Origin: a virus
Strand: one strand, 5' to 3'
DNA length: 64,000 nt
IMG/VR virus record: IMGVR_UViG_3300043777_000086
Coordinates: 1 to 64,000 of that record
Below, one piece after another: positions 54,742 through 63,999 of the stretch (position 1 is the stretch's first letter; each line of letters opens with the position of its first letter). Below the pieces are notes generated by a model. It saw only the letters and a program-made list of their open reading frames with translations, was not told the origin of the DNA and searched no databases. A program made the translations under genes and the position numbers.

Positions 54742-55446
54742 ATGTTTCCAGCCGCGCTAGCCTTTCTTGACGTCCACCACCCTACCCCCATAAAATACAC
54801 GTGGCTGGCGCTAATCGTAGCTGCGGCTGTATTGAAACTCCTGATTATAGGCATGCTCACGCTTCGCTCCACGAGATTCCCTGCCTTCAGGATTTTTCTG
54901 CTCATATCAGCCTGGGGCGGGCTAATACAGACGAGCAGACTGTGGAATCTTGAATGGGAGATCGCCCTGGCTGGAGCACTAGGACTCTTCGTACTCGAGA
55001 TTCTGTTCGTATCGGGATGGAGTGTGCGCGGACAATTCGTGCGCCGCTACGACAGGAACGTGTCGGCGTTCGCCGGTCTGATCCTATTCGCCGTGATGCT
55101 CATCGCGGCGCCGGCTCCGTATCCGGGGTATCCCCCGCCTCTATATTACACGCGACTCTATACCGCGATCATTGCGGAGGGGATGGTGATTGCGGCGGCG
55201 ATCTACTATTGGTTCGATCGGATCGGAAGGGAGGCGTGGGTCAAATGGCATAATGCCTGCGCCATTTTCTACATCGCCATCCCGCTGGCGGCAGCCGGAT
55301 ACCGCGGGTCGCATCGCTGGGAGGCGCGAATTGTCATCACCTCCCTGAATCTCGCCTGCCTTTCGGTGTGGCTGTGGCTCAGTCTTGCCCGCGAAGATCG
55401 CGTATGTCCCGATGTAGGTCCTGTATGTTCTGCCTCCATTCAATAA
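54742..55446 (+). CDS. polytopic membrane protein (about 7 TM), divergently transcribed
   Basis: Multiple hydrophobic segments. Confidence 0.75.
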   Translation: MFPAALAFLDVHHPTPIKYTWLALIVAAAVLKLLIIGMLTLRSTRFPAFRIFLLISAWGGLIQTSRLWNLEWEIALAGALGLFVLEILFVSGWSVRGQFVRRYDRNVSAFAGLILFAVMLIAAPAPYPGYPPPLYYTRLYTAIIAEGMVIAAAIYYWFDRIGREAWVKWHNACAIFYIAIPLAAAGYRGSHRWEARIVITSLNLACLSVWLWLSLAREDRVCPDVGPVCSASIQ

Positions 55447-55711
55447 CCAGGAGGGCATCCTTGGACTCTTTGTCGCGTCTCTCGCGATCCATATCATCCA
55501 GTCTTTGCAACACCGGCCTAAGTTCGCTGGCGATAGTCGCCCTGATCACAGCGTCCACTGTAACAGGCTTACCGTTACCGTTAGACTTGGCAAGTTTGGA
55601 CTTCATGCGTGCCAATAAACCACCCAGCACGCTGATGACCAATAGCAATGCGCCGATGACCCGCTCAAGTAAATTATTGGTATCGGCGCTGTTCTGGTTG
55701 GAGTCAAGCAT
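55379..55711 (-). CDS. 1-TM plus coiled-coil protein (holin-like)
   Basis: N-terminal TM, charged coil. Confidence 0.6.
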   Translation of the reverse strand: MLDSNQNSADTNNLLERVIGALLLVISVLGGLLARMKSKLAKSNGNGKPVTVDAVIRATIASELRPVLQRLDDMDRERRDKESKDALLVIEWRQNIQDLHRDIRDLRGQD

Positions 55712-55712
55712 C

Positions 55713-55976
55713 TCAAGGCCATGGGGGTCCGGGCGGGTCGTACAGCACGTGCGCGGTGGCGACCTCGTACACCCATTCTCCCACGAGCACGTCCCCTTCT
55801 ATAACTTTTACTGCCTTGACGTTAAAAAATTTCCTGTCAGGGCTGTGCTCGAGCACGGCAATGATGATGGCCGTCCAAAGATTACCCTGATCGTCTTGAT
55901 AGGGCGCGAACTGATCCGGTTTAGGCGGTTCGCCCGTAACAGCAAGAGGTGGATTGGCAATGTAGTTTTGTGACAT
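55713..55976 (-). CDS. hypothetical protein
   Basis: Tight packing. Confidence 0.6.
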   Translation of the reverse strand: MSQNYIANPPLAVTGEPPKPDQFAPYQDDQGNLWTAIIIAVLEHSPDRKFFNVKAVKVIEGDVLVGEWVYEVATAHVLYDPPGPPWP

Positions 55977-55978
55977 TT

Positions 55979-56320
55979 CTATTGTCCCTTTCTCAAGAAA
56001 TACAAAATTAACGCGCCTATCAGCATCTGAATAATAACCCCAGCCCCCAGTCCGATGTAGATGAACTTCCAGACGTTTTCCATTTGCTCGACAACGCGTT
56101 GATGTCGGCTATTGTATTCGTCCTTCGAGACCATTTCTTTCTGCATCTCGCGGTTCTCCGAACGCAGATTGTTCATGTCCCGAAGGCGTTCGTCCATGAG
56201 CTTTTGCAGCAGCGCCGTTTGTCCGTCGCGTAATTCAAAGACCTCCCTTAGGTGTTCAAAACGAAGCCTGATGATCTCGGTTAATTGCTCAACGTCATGA
56301 CTCCTTGTTCCCGAAGGCAT
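55979..56320 (-). CDS. coiled-coil plus C-terminal TM protein (haemolysin/holin-like)
   Basis: WKFIYIGLGAGVIIQMLIGALIL TM. Confidence 0.65.
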   Translation of the reverse strand: MPSGTRSHDVEQLTEIIRLRFEHLREVFELRDGQTALLQKLMDERLRDMNNLRSENREMQKEMVSKDEYNSRHQRVVEQMENVWKFIYIGLGAGVIIQMLIGALILYFLRKGQ

Positions 56321-56326
56321 TGCTCT

Positions 56327-56770
56327 TCAGTGCTCAACGGAAACCACCAGATGCTCATCGATCGGCTTGCCAGCGGCATCGTCCTTTTCGGCTGGCACGA
56401 GCGTTACTTCTTTCGGTTTCTTTACGACATTTTGAAACATCCACTCCTGGCCAGCCCGCTGCGCAGCGAAACGAATGAAGCCGTCGTAAAGCGCATGCAG
56501 GGATGGGGTCGATCCCGTGAAGTGCCATCCGGTTGACGCGTCTCCGCTGGTTATGCTAATCGTGCCTTGTACGAACAGCGCCGTCCCGAGTGCGGCTCCG
56601 GTGGACACCCAACGCGTCACGCGATCGGAGTTCGCACTAAGCCACGGGAACCAGCGCGCACGCTTCAACCACTGAATCACGTAAACTGTGATCACTACCA
56701 AACCGGCTTGGTGCGCCATCGCGTCTAGCGCGCGCATCAGATCCGGGTTGGAGATATCTTCGGATTGCAT
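56327..56770 (-). CDS. holin-like membrane protein
   Basis: VIQWLKR..WL motif, 2 TMs. Confidence 0.6.
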   Translation of the reverse strand: MQSEDISNPDLMRALDAMAHQAGLVVITVYVIQWLKRARWFPWLSANSDRVTRWVSTGAALGTALFVQGTISITSGDASTGWHFTGSTPSLHALYDGFIRFAAQRAGQEWMFQNVVKKPKEVTLVPAEKDDAAGKPIDEHLVVSVEH

Positions 56771-57051
56771 TACTTTACTGGCGGGATGGGGTCTACCTGT
56801 TCAACTTTTATGACCGGCTGCTGGGTGTTCGCTGCAATCACCTCCGGGCTCGATGGTTGAGGGATCTTTCCGCCCGACACCTGCGAATCCTTGGCATTCA
56901 CCCCGAAGCTCGCTAACCCACCCGCCATCGCGAACATAGCGATCGCCATAATCCAATTCGGAAACGTGATGAAGTGGAGCTGCTGAGCGAATAGAACAAA
57001 AGACGCGGCAGCCGATATGGATGCCGCTACTGTGGTTCTCCAGCTCTTCAT
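56770..57051 (-). CDS. holin-like membrane protein
   Basis: MKSWRTT..2 TMs..AKD motif; AAGGAGG RBS. Confidence 0.7.
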   Translation of the reverse strand: MKSWRTTVAASISAAASFVLFAQQLHFITFPNWIMAIAMFAMAGGLASFGVNAKDSQVSGGKIPQPSSPEVIAANTQQPVIKVEQVDPIPPVK

Positions 57052-57125
57052 AGAACCCTCCTTGATCCTTACCAGGATCTGCATTTGGCTAACGATAACA
57101 TAGCCCTACCGGGCTCGAATTAATG

Positions 57126-57155
57126 TGGACAAAAATATCCGAGGCGTGATATCCT
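57126..57155 (+). promoter_or_regulatory. putative promoter of the GT/sulfotransferase cassette
   Basis: TGGACA-18-TATCCT with extended TG; the same AATGTGGACAA occurs at 27077. Confidence 0.45.
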
Positions 57156-57177
57156 AGCCCCCAGAAACCGCACAGAC

Positions 57178-58767
57178 ATGCCGATAAATCCCACCATAAT
57201 CTTCTGCACAACCTGCAAGGGACGCACGCAGCATTTAGCGCAGACGCTCCCTATGAATCTTCGCGACAACGCCAACTACCCGAACTGTAAATTCGTTGTG
57301 CTGGATTACGGAGACCCTGGTGAGTTGAAGGAATACCTGAGGGCGGTTCATCCTCCTGACATTGCCAGCGGCCGCCTTAGCGTTTATCGTTTTGAGACAG
57401 AGGAGCCCTTTCATGTCTCGCACGCCAAGAACATCGCGGCCCGTTGCGGTATTTTAGAGGGCGCTGACATCCTCGTCACGCTCGATGCCGACAACTTCAC
57501 CGGGCCAGGCTTCGCGCAATACATTGCGGATCACTTTCAAGTTTTAGACTACGCACCACCGGGGCAGTTTTTGGTCCCCAACCACCTCTACATCCAGAGC
57601 CTTCCGCACGGCCCCGGACGACCCTGCCGGGGTTTCGCCGGCCGCTTGGCGATCCGCGCACAGGACTTCATCAAGATGGGCGGGTACGACGAGACTTACA
57701 ACACCTGGCGCGGAGAGGACATCGACCTGATGTTTCGAATGATGCGTTCCGGCTACGCACTGCGGCATATCGACAACCGATTTCTGAATACGATCCCGCA
57801 CAACGCCGCGGTCCGATTCAAGGAGTACCCCGAGGCTCGGCAGTACGAGAATCCGGATGAGGTCAAGGTGATCCGCGCCCGTACGGAAACCGTCGTCAAC
57901 TATGGCAAGTTTGGTATGGGAACGGTTTACCGCAACTTCAGCTCCAGACCCATTGAACTTACTGCCGTTCCCACTAGGATCTTCGGAATCGGAATGCATA
58001 AAACCGGTACCACTAGCCTGAACGCGGCGTTTCAGATCCTCGGTTTAGATAGCCTCCATTGGGGAGCCGGTGAAGCGCCTCGGATCTGGCAGGAGATGAA
58101 CTCTGGAGAATTTTCTAAGACGCTCGAGCAATGGTACGCGCTTTCCGACCTTCCAATCCCTCTGCTTTACAAGAAGCTCGATCGCGCTTACCCTGGATCG
58201 AAGTTCATCCTCACGGTGCGCAACGAGGAGAAGTGGCTCCGGAGTGTCGAACGGCTATGGAGCCCGAGGTTCAACCCGACCAGGCACCTCTGGAACATCT
58301 GGCCGTTTAGCAACACCATCCATCGCGTGCTGTACGGACAGGATACGTTCGACGCAGATATATTTCTTGAAAGATACCGGCGGCACAATCGAGAGGTGAT
58401 AGAGTATTTCCGCCAGCGCCCGCAGGATCTACTCGTGCTAGATATGGACGCCGAGGCGAAGTGGGCGCCTCTTTGCATGTTCCTCGGATTGCGCTATCCG
58501 GCAGTCGAATTCCCTACGCAAAATCAGACTCAGGCGTTTGAGTCGCTAAAGGTATACTCTGCCCCCGAACCGTGCGATGACGTCGACAGCGATGAAGAGC
58601 TTCTCGCAAGAAGCCTTCGTGAGTACTGGAGGACCGCACCCCCAAGTGGACAGCCGACACCAACTCAGCCGATGACCACGCATCATAAAAGAAGAATGCG
58701 CCGGATCCGGCGTAGGAGAGAGGTGGAGGCTAATACCCCGATCAAGGGACCGGAGGAAATAGCGTGA
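57178..58767 (+). CDS. GT-A glycosyltransferase (GT2/GT7C-like) fused to a PAPS-dependent sulfotransferase
   Basis: AKN, LDAD (DxD), GGYDE..WRGEDIDL; then GMHKTGTTSL (5'-PSB) and LTVR..W..S (3'-PB). Confidence 0.9.
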   Translation: MPINPTIIFCTTCKGRTQHLAQTLPMNLRDNANYPNCKFVVLDYGDPGELKEYLRAVHPPDIASGRLSVYRFETEEPFHVSHAKNIAARCGILEGADILVTLDADNFTGPGFAQYIADHFQVLDYAPPGQFLVPNHLYIQSLPHGPGRPCRGFAGRLAIRAQDFIKMGGYDETYNTWRGEDIDLMFRMMRSGYALRHIDNRFLNTIPHNAAVRFKEYPEARQYENPDEVKVIRARTETVVNYGKFGMGTVYRNFSSRPIELTAVPTRIFGIGMHKTGTTSLNAAFQILGLDSLHWGAGEAPRIWQEMNSGEFSKTLEQWYALSDLPIPLLYKKLDRAYPGSKFILTVRNEEKWLRSVERLWSPRFNPTRHLWNIWPFSNTIHRVLYGQDTFDADIFLERYRRHNREVIEYFRQRPQDLLVLDMDAEAKWAPLCMFLGLRYPAVEFPTQNQTQAFESLKVYSAPEPCDDVDSDEELLARSLREYWRTAPPSGQPTPTQPMTTHHKRRMRRIRRRREVEANTPIKGPEEIA

Positions 58768-59279
58768 CGGTTTTGATGACAGGTCTACCGTGCTCTGGAA
58801 AGACGACGCTCTCCTTAGCGCTCTGTAATCTTCTACGCAACTCCGGACGCCGCGCCGAGATCCTCGACGGTGACGTGGTGCGCTTCGAGCTATGGAAGGA
58901 GCTTGGGTTCAGCCAGTCTGATCGCGAGGAAAACGTTCGCCGCCTTGGTTATCTTGCGCGTATGCTCTCCCGGAACGGCGCTATTGCCATCATAGCGGCG
59001 GTGTCCCCCTACCGCGCCTCCCGCGACCATATCCGCAAAATATCCGACAACGGATTTATGGAGGTATACGTTAAGGCGCCTCTTTCTGTTTGCGAGACCC
59101 GCGACGTAAAGGGAATGTATGCCCAGGCGCGCGCCGGTAAGCGACCACACTTCACCGGCATCGACGACCCCTATGAGGCGCCGGTCAATCCCGAGGTAGA
59201 ATGCCTAACAGATGAAGAGAGCGTCGCGGAGATCGTCGCCAAGATCGTGATCGAGCTTAAAAAGCAAGGAGCCCTCTAA
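58764..59279 (+). CDS. cysC: adenylyl-sulfate (APS) kinase
   Basis: TGLPCSGKTT, LDGD, LGFSQSDREENVRR, SPY, RDVKGMY, FTGIDDPYEAP. Confidence 0.96.
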   Translation: MTVLMTGLPCSGKTTLSLALCNLLRNSGRRAEILDGDVVRFELWKELGFSQSDREENVRRLGYLARMLSRNGAIAIIAAVSPYRASRDHIRKISDNGFMEVYVKAPLSVCETRDVKGMYAQARAGKRPHFTGIDDPYEAPVNPEVECLTDEESVAEIVAKIVIELKKQGAL

Positions 59280-60106
59280 TGAACTACCGCCTCGGAAAGC
59301 GCCCGCCGGTTGTCGACGCGCGCACACTTAAATTCAGGAAGTACACTACTACTTTACCGCCAGTTCCGCTATTAGTTGATTTCATGTCCAAGGTCCCGAG
59401 TTTCCCGATGTATCTCAATGATGTTGAGGGCGACTGTGTATGCGCCGCCGCGGGCCACATGATTCAGAACTGGACGCAGTATTCCGGCAAGTACTTCCAG
59501 CCAACCGACGCTGACATTCAGACGTTCTACGAGTTCAGCGGATTCGATCCCGGCAATCCGTCGACCGATCAGGGATGGGAACTCCTGCCTGCATTGAAGG
59601 TGTGGCGCAACAAAGGCATCGGCGGTCATAAGATCGTCGCCTTTGCGCAACTCACCACCGGAGACTTCGGGGAACTCCTGGATGCGATCCGGATCTTTGG
59701 AAATGCCTACCTGGGGTTCAGCCTTCCGGATTACGTAGTGCCCAACTCCGGACCGGACTGGACAACCATCCGGTGGCTGTACGAAGAAGGCAACCCTCCC
59801 GATCCAAATAACGGCCACTGTGTGCCGGCTATGAAATTTTCCCTTAAAACCGCATACGGTCATCGCGTGTGGTTCGTTTCCTGGGCGGCAAGGATGGTGA
59901 TGAACCCCCCGTTCTACCAAGCCTATAGCGATGAAGCCTGGGTGGCGATCACGCAGGACTGGATAGATGCGGATGCTAAGTCTCCGAGCGGGTTCAATAT
60001 GGCAGCGCTTACCGCCGACCTGGCATTAATTACCGGGAAACCGCAGGCGGCGACCGCGATCCAACCCAAGAGTGCTGATAGAAAGAAATGGTGGAGCCGG
60101 CTATGA
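59279..60106 (+). CDS. papain-like cysteine peptidase
   Basis: ND..GDCVCAA..H catalytic Cys, GHCV His, VSW. Confidence 0.75.
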   Translation: MNYRLGKRPPVVDARTLKFRKYTTTLPPVPLLVDFMSKVPSFPMYLNDVEGDCVCAAAGHMIQNWTQYSGKYFQPTDADIQTFYEFSGFDPGNPSTDQGWELLPALKVWRNKGIGGHKIVAFAQLTTGDFGELLDAIRIFGNAYLGFSLPDYVVPNSGPDWTTIRWLYEEGNPPDPNNGHCVPAMKFSLKTAYGHRVWFVSWAARMVMNPPFYQAYSDEAWVAITQDWIDADAKSPSGFNMAALTADLALITGKPQAATAIQPKSADRKKWWSRL

Positions 60107-60471
60107 CACCCTCTCAATTCAGAACCGATCGCAACAATAACCCCACGGCCATGATCGTGCAGTTGGCCCAGGAAGGCGGGCTCGTTGAAGGTACCGACTA
60201 CACCCAGGGGGACGCTTTCGAATCCGGAGGTAGGACCTACTACACCGCCAAGCTCCTTGGGGATCCGGTAGCCCTCACAATCAAAGTGATCGACGAAGTG
60301 GGATTCTACTCTGAACCGCCGCATGCCCGCTGGAACTACATCGCTATACCGCACGCCCTGTGGATGAGCCTGAATACAATCCAGAAGTCTTACGTGATCG
60401 GCTGGATGTATTCACAGGAGGGTGGAGTGGCGATGAGGAATCTATTTCCGGTTGCGCCTTATAGCGCGTAA
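60103..60471 (+). CDS. small protein with RNNNP motif (lysozyme-like family, tentative)
   Basis: RTDRNNNPTAM ... QEGG. Confidence 0.5.
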   Translation: MTPSQFRTDRNNNPTAMIVQLAQEGGLVEGTDYTQGDAFESGGRTYYTAKLLGDPVALTIKVIDEVGFYSEPPHARWNYIAIPHALWMSLNTIQKSYVIGWMYSQEGGVAMRNLFPVAPYSA

Positions 60472-60492
60472 CGCGGATACGGCGGATTTGGA

Positions 60493-61167
60493 TCACGGAG
60501 CCACCGCGTTAATCGCCTGAGCGTACAGCGCAGAAGAATGCCAGGCGATCGGGTCGATGTCCTTCAGGTCCAAGAATCCGTCCGGTGCCTTAGTCACGTG
60601 CGTGAGCGGGATGTTCTTGTACGCGAATGCAGGCGGCAAAGGTAGGGGCAGCATAGGGACTGGGTCGCCATAGAAGCCTGCCGCGTTCCTGTAATTGCGC
60701 CATTCCACTTTGGACAGGAAGTCGAGGAATGCTTGGAATCCCGGAGCTGGGCCTGCCATTCCGATTATGCGAAGCATCGAAGGATCGGGTTGGTACTGAT
60801 CTAGGAAGATCGCGCCGGCTTCCGCCGCGCGTTGGCTTCCTAGGCTGTGTCCCGTTAAGGTGGTCTTCAATCCCAAGTTCAAGAGGGGGACGATCCGCGC
60901 CATCGTCTCGGGCATCCCACAGAATGATCCAGAGTGGACAGGTCCGAATCTGGCGTGCTGGTAAGGCTGTGGGTAGGCCATAAGATCCTGCAACCAATTC
61001 TGAAGCTCAGAGGGAAGCGTGCCGCGAAATACTACTACGTTCTCATCTGGGGTCAACAATACCGCACAGCATATGGAGAAGCCCTCCTCTGGGTAGTATT
61101 TGGTGAACCCCGCCGCGCCAGAGTAGATTGCGTGGCTAAGTTGCGCGGCCTGTGCGTCTGATATCAT
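60493..61167 (-). CDS. class-3 lipase (alpha/beta hydrolase)
   Basis: VVFRGT, VHSG, TGHSLG nucleophile elbow, DPVP, H near the C-terminus. Confidence 0.9.
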   Translation of the reverse strand: MISDAQAAQLSHAIYSGAAGFTKYYPEEGFSICCAVLLTPDENVVVFRGTLPSELQNWLQDLMAYPQPYQHARFGPVHSGSFCGMPETMARIVPLLNLGLKTTLTGHSLGSQRAAEAGAIFLDQYQPDPSMLRIIGMAGPAPGFQAFLDFLSKVEWRNYRNAAGFYGDPVPMLPLPLPPAFAYKNIPLTHVTKAPDGFLDLKDIDPIAWHSSALYAQAINAVAP

Positions 61168-61289
61168 GATCGCCACTGAATCGCCAGCCAACCAGCCGCC
61201 CCAAGAAGTGCCAGCAATGCAAATACAATCCAGCATGCCAGCCAGAAGCGCTGTACGTCGTTAGGGGTGTGCGGGGATTGGTGGGTCAT
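61164..61289 (-). CDS. 41-aa single-TM peptide
   Basis: MTHQSPHTPNDVQRFWLACWIVFALLALLGAAGWLAIQWRS; coupled on both sides. Confidence 0.55.
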   Translation of the reverse strand: MTHQSPHTPNDVQRFWLACWIVFALLALLGAAGWLAIQWRS

Positions 61290-61693
61290 TAGGCCACGCT
61301 TTCGTTCAATAGGTTATCGGACGCCCATTCACGCATCCGCAACCAACGGTGCTCTGGTGTCTCAGGGCCGCCCTCATCATTCTGATAAGCGATCTCCATC
61401 GCGAGCTGTCGCGCGATATCGAATACCGCAGCAACCTGCTCGGGTTCCTCTGGGTCGATCTCCTGCATTTTTATGCCACGCATCCGACCGACAGCACCGA
61501 GAGCGCAAACTTGACCGTCTGGGGTTTCCAATTCCGAAGATACGAGAGCCTTTTCGGGCATTAGATCGAGCGCAGCAACCATATCAGCGAGTAGTTTTTG
61601 GCCGCGCTTGCCACGAATAGCGCTCGCAACTTGGCCGCGCCATTTAATAAGATCCCATTGGTCAAGATCTTCAGAATATCCCGATCTGCTCAT
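61289..61693 (-). CDS. conserved hypothetical phage protein
   Basis: MSRSGYSED..SAIRGKRGQ..VCALGAV..EIAYQND..RWLRMR. Confidence 0.8.
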   Translation of the reverse strand: MSRSGYSEDLDQWDLIKWRGQVASAIRGKRGQKLLADMVAALDLMPEKALVSSELETPDGQVCALGAVGRMRGIKMQEIDPEEPEQVAAVFDIARQLAMEIAYQNDEGGPETPEHRWLRMREWASDNLLNESVA

Positions 61694-61788
61694 GGACACA
61701 CTCCTATTTCATAGCAGAACCATCTCACGGGCACGTCCCAGTCTTCTGCCACGTCACGGTAAGTGCAGGCAGAGCAATCGTCATTGAA

Positions 61789-62526
61789 TCAGTCATTGCA
61801 GACCACCTGCTGATCGCACAGCAGAGCGCTAGTCGATTCTAATACAGATCGTACGGCCTTCATGTCCAGCGCTCGGTCGTCTTCGGTACGCACCCGTCGC
61901 TCCATGTCGATCCAGTATGGTCGCGAGAACCCCTCCTCGAATAGCGCCTCAATTTTCTGCACCTGATTTACTACATTCTGTGGACCTAACCCACCAGCAT
62001 AGCCGCACCAGAAGGGCACGTTCCGTGAAGAAGGCCACTTATCAGGAAGAATCCCCGCGCCTCCCGACGTGTCGAATAGTGCCGCCACATCAAGGCCGTG
62101 TGCGTGGACGCCGAGCGATAGGTGGTTGTTGACGCCGTCCCACTGAAAAATAAACTGCTTGCCTGAAAGCGAGCGCAGGCAATCGATCAATCCCATCGTC
62201 GAAACGTGCTCCTCGGCGTGCGTGTTGATTTGAATGCGTTGCGAAATATGCACGCACTCGGGCAAATCCGGCCAGTTCAATTTCCCGACGAACATGTCCC
62301 GAACCCAACGCCCGCACACATGCGTCGAAACTTTGAGTTTTTTCGCAAACGCAACGGTAGAAAATCGATCGATCCAGTCACGGCCCGGAAAGCGCGGAGA
62401 ACCCTCCAGTCGCTGCGACACCAGAATGCCCCACTCCACAAATGGAAACTGATGAGCCAAATCAACCAGCTCGATTATGCTCGTGCTGTCATCGGCTCCA
62501 GTAATCGTAACCGCCTTCAGGTTCAT
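61789..62526 (-). CDS. TrpF (PRAI)-like TIM-barrel protein
   Basis: TITGADD, LFDTSGGAG, GYAGGLGPQNV, WIDME..VR. Confidence 0.8.
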   Translation of the reverse strand: MNLKAVTITGADDSTSIIELVDLAHQFPFVEWGILVSQRLEGSPRFPGRDWIDRFSTVAFAKKLKVSTHVCGRWVRDMFVGKLNWPDLPECVHISQRIQINTHAEEHVSTMGLIDCLRSLSGKQFIFQWDGVNNHLSLGVHAHGLDVAALFDTSGGAGILPDKWPSSRNVPFWCGYAGGLGPQNVVNQVQKIEALFEEGFSRPYWIDMERRVRTEDDRALDMKAVRSVLESTSALLCDQQVVCND

Positions 62527-62544
62527 GTTATTCTACCTTTCTCG

Positions 62545-63999
62545 TTATGGGCACTTCACCGCTTGCCACGATGGCGTGGTCACAATCGTAAGCACCAGTG
62601 GTTTCCCGTTCGGACCAGCAGGGAAGGTCTGCGTCGTAGTCACGGCCTTGCCGGGGCAGGTCTGGTAGGTGGTTGTTGCCGGCGTAAGCGTAACCGTCGC
62701 GCTCGCGGAGACACCCGACACCGTGGCCGTAATCAAGGCCGAAGATGCTGTCGGGATGCTCGCAGGGGCCGTGTACAGCCCCGAGCTTGAGATTGCGCCG
62801 ATGTTGGCGCTCCACGTCGCGCCCGATGGCGTCGCCGTGAACTGCTGCGTTTGACTGGCGCTCAAGGTTGCCGTGGAGGGCGAGATCGTCACGGTAACGG
62901 GCGTAGGCGGCGTCAGGCTGATCGTGGCCGTCGCGCTCACACCAGACGCTATCGCCGTGATCGTCGCGGTGCTGGCGCTGGTGATCGACGCGGGCGCGGT
63001 ATACAGTCCGGTCGCGGAGATTGTCCCTGTAGACGCGCTCCAAGTCACGGCGGTGCCACTCGGCGTCACTGTGGCCGTGAACTGCTGAGTCCCACCCTGC
63101 CCAAGCGTGGCGCTCGTCGGCGAGATTGTAATGCTCACAGTCGGCGGCGGGGTTGCTCCTCCGAGGTTCGCGCCGATGCCCGCAAGCGCGGTATTGCCCA
63201 CAGGAAATGTCGTCAGGTTGCCGAACGTCGGGTTCAGGTTTGTGCTGCCCGTCAGGTTCTTGACTGCGGTCGGAACTCCCGCGCCGAAGAAATTGTTCGC
63301 GGCCCCGCTTACTGTACTACTGGTGGTCGTGATATCCGAGCCCGATCCGCTGCTCAAGATCTGCATGTACGGCGTCGTGCCATCCAGAATGTTCGATCCG
63401 AAATTGACCGTCCCTACGCCGCTTTCCGGGTAGTAAAGGAACTCGGGCGCTCCCCCCAAGGCTCCGTTATTGTAGAGCGTGTTGTTTTTGAATGTCGCCG
63501 CCCCGTTGCCGGTCACGGACCACGTCTGCAAATACACGCCCGCGAATGCCCCGCCATCAGGAGGTTGAGGACCTTGGCCGGTGTTATAGACCACGTTATT
63601 GTATATCTGCACTCCGGTCCCCCTGGACGCGTCCATATTCACGTAGACAATGCCGTCGCAGGCCGTGTCGTGGATGATGTTGTTCGCGATGATGACCGAA
63701 TACGAGGTATCCCCGCTTACCGATGAATTTTGCTGAAAACCTCGACATCCGTTAACGTACGCAATTGTGTTCCACTCGAAGTCAAACGAAAAACTTTCGT
63801 CACCCAGGTAAAAGCCTTGCTGAAGAGCCGTAACGCTGCCTGCCGCGAGGTTCGTGCTGACGTTGTGGAGATTATTGCCATACCAGGTCGTGTTTGTCGC
63901 ATTGAAGTTGCTTGCTCCTCCCTGCTCTCCGTTGGCGTAGGTCGCGGAGATGTTATTGCCAATGATCCGAATCCGCTGCGCTCCGTTCGGCCCCCAGCC
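62545..63999 (-). CDS. 5'-truncated beta-helix protein with two C-terminal Ig-like (Big_2-type) domains; paralogue of 29173..31140
   Basis: Frame stays open to the window edge (..YANGEQGGA..TALQQGFYLGD..CRGFQQNSS..HDTACDGIVY..); ITISPTSATL..QQFTAT..GLYTAP twice. Confidence 0.88.
   Translation of the reverse strand, partial: GWGPNGAQRIRIIGNNISATYANGEQGGASNFNATNTTWYGNNLHNVSTNLAAGSVTALQQGFYLGDESFSFDFEWNTIAYVNGCRGFQQNSSVSGDTSYSVIIANNIIHDTACDGIVYVNMDASRGTGVQIYNNVVYNTGQGPQPPDGGAFAGVYLQTWSVTGNGAATFKNNTLYNNGALGGAPEFLYYPESGVGTVNFGSNILDGTTPYMQILSSGSGSDITTTSSTVSGAANNFFGAGVPTAVKNLTGSTNLNPTFGNLTTFPVGNTALAGIGANLGGATPPPTVSITISPTSATLGQGGTQQFTATVTPSGTAVTWSASTGTISATGLYTAPASITSASTATITAIASGVSATATISLTPPTPVTVTISPSTATLSASQTQQFTATPSGATWSANIGAISSSGLYTAPASIPTASSALITATVSGVSASATVTLTPATTTYQTCPGKAVTTTQTFPAGPNGKPLVLTIVTTPSWQAVKCP

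Noticed and set aside
61694-61788. Stop-codon readthrough joining the TrpF-like gene to the next gene
   Set aside because: The continued frame hits a stop and is out of frame with the downstream gene. Genes elsewhere are intact under the standard code.
62851-63726. 291-aa Arg-rich plus-strand ORF and similar ORFs opposite the fibre genes
   Set aside because: These are shadow frames of GC-rich minus-strand genes.
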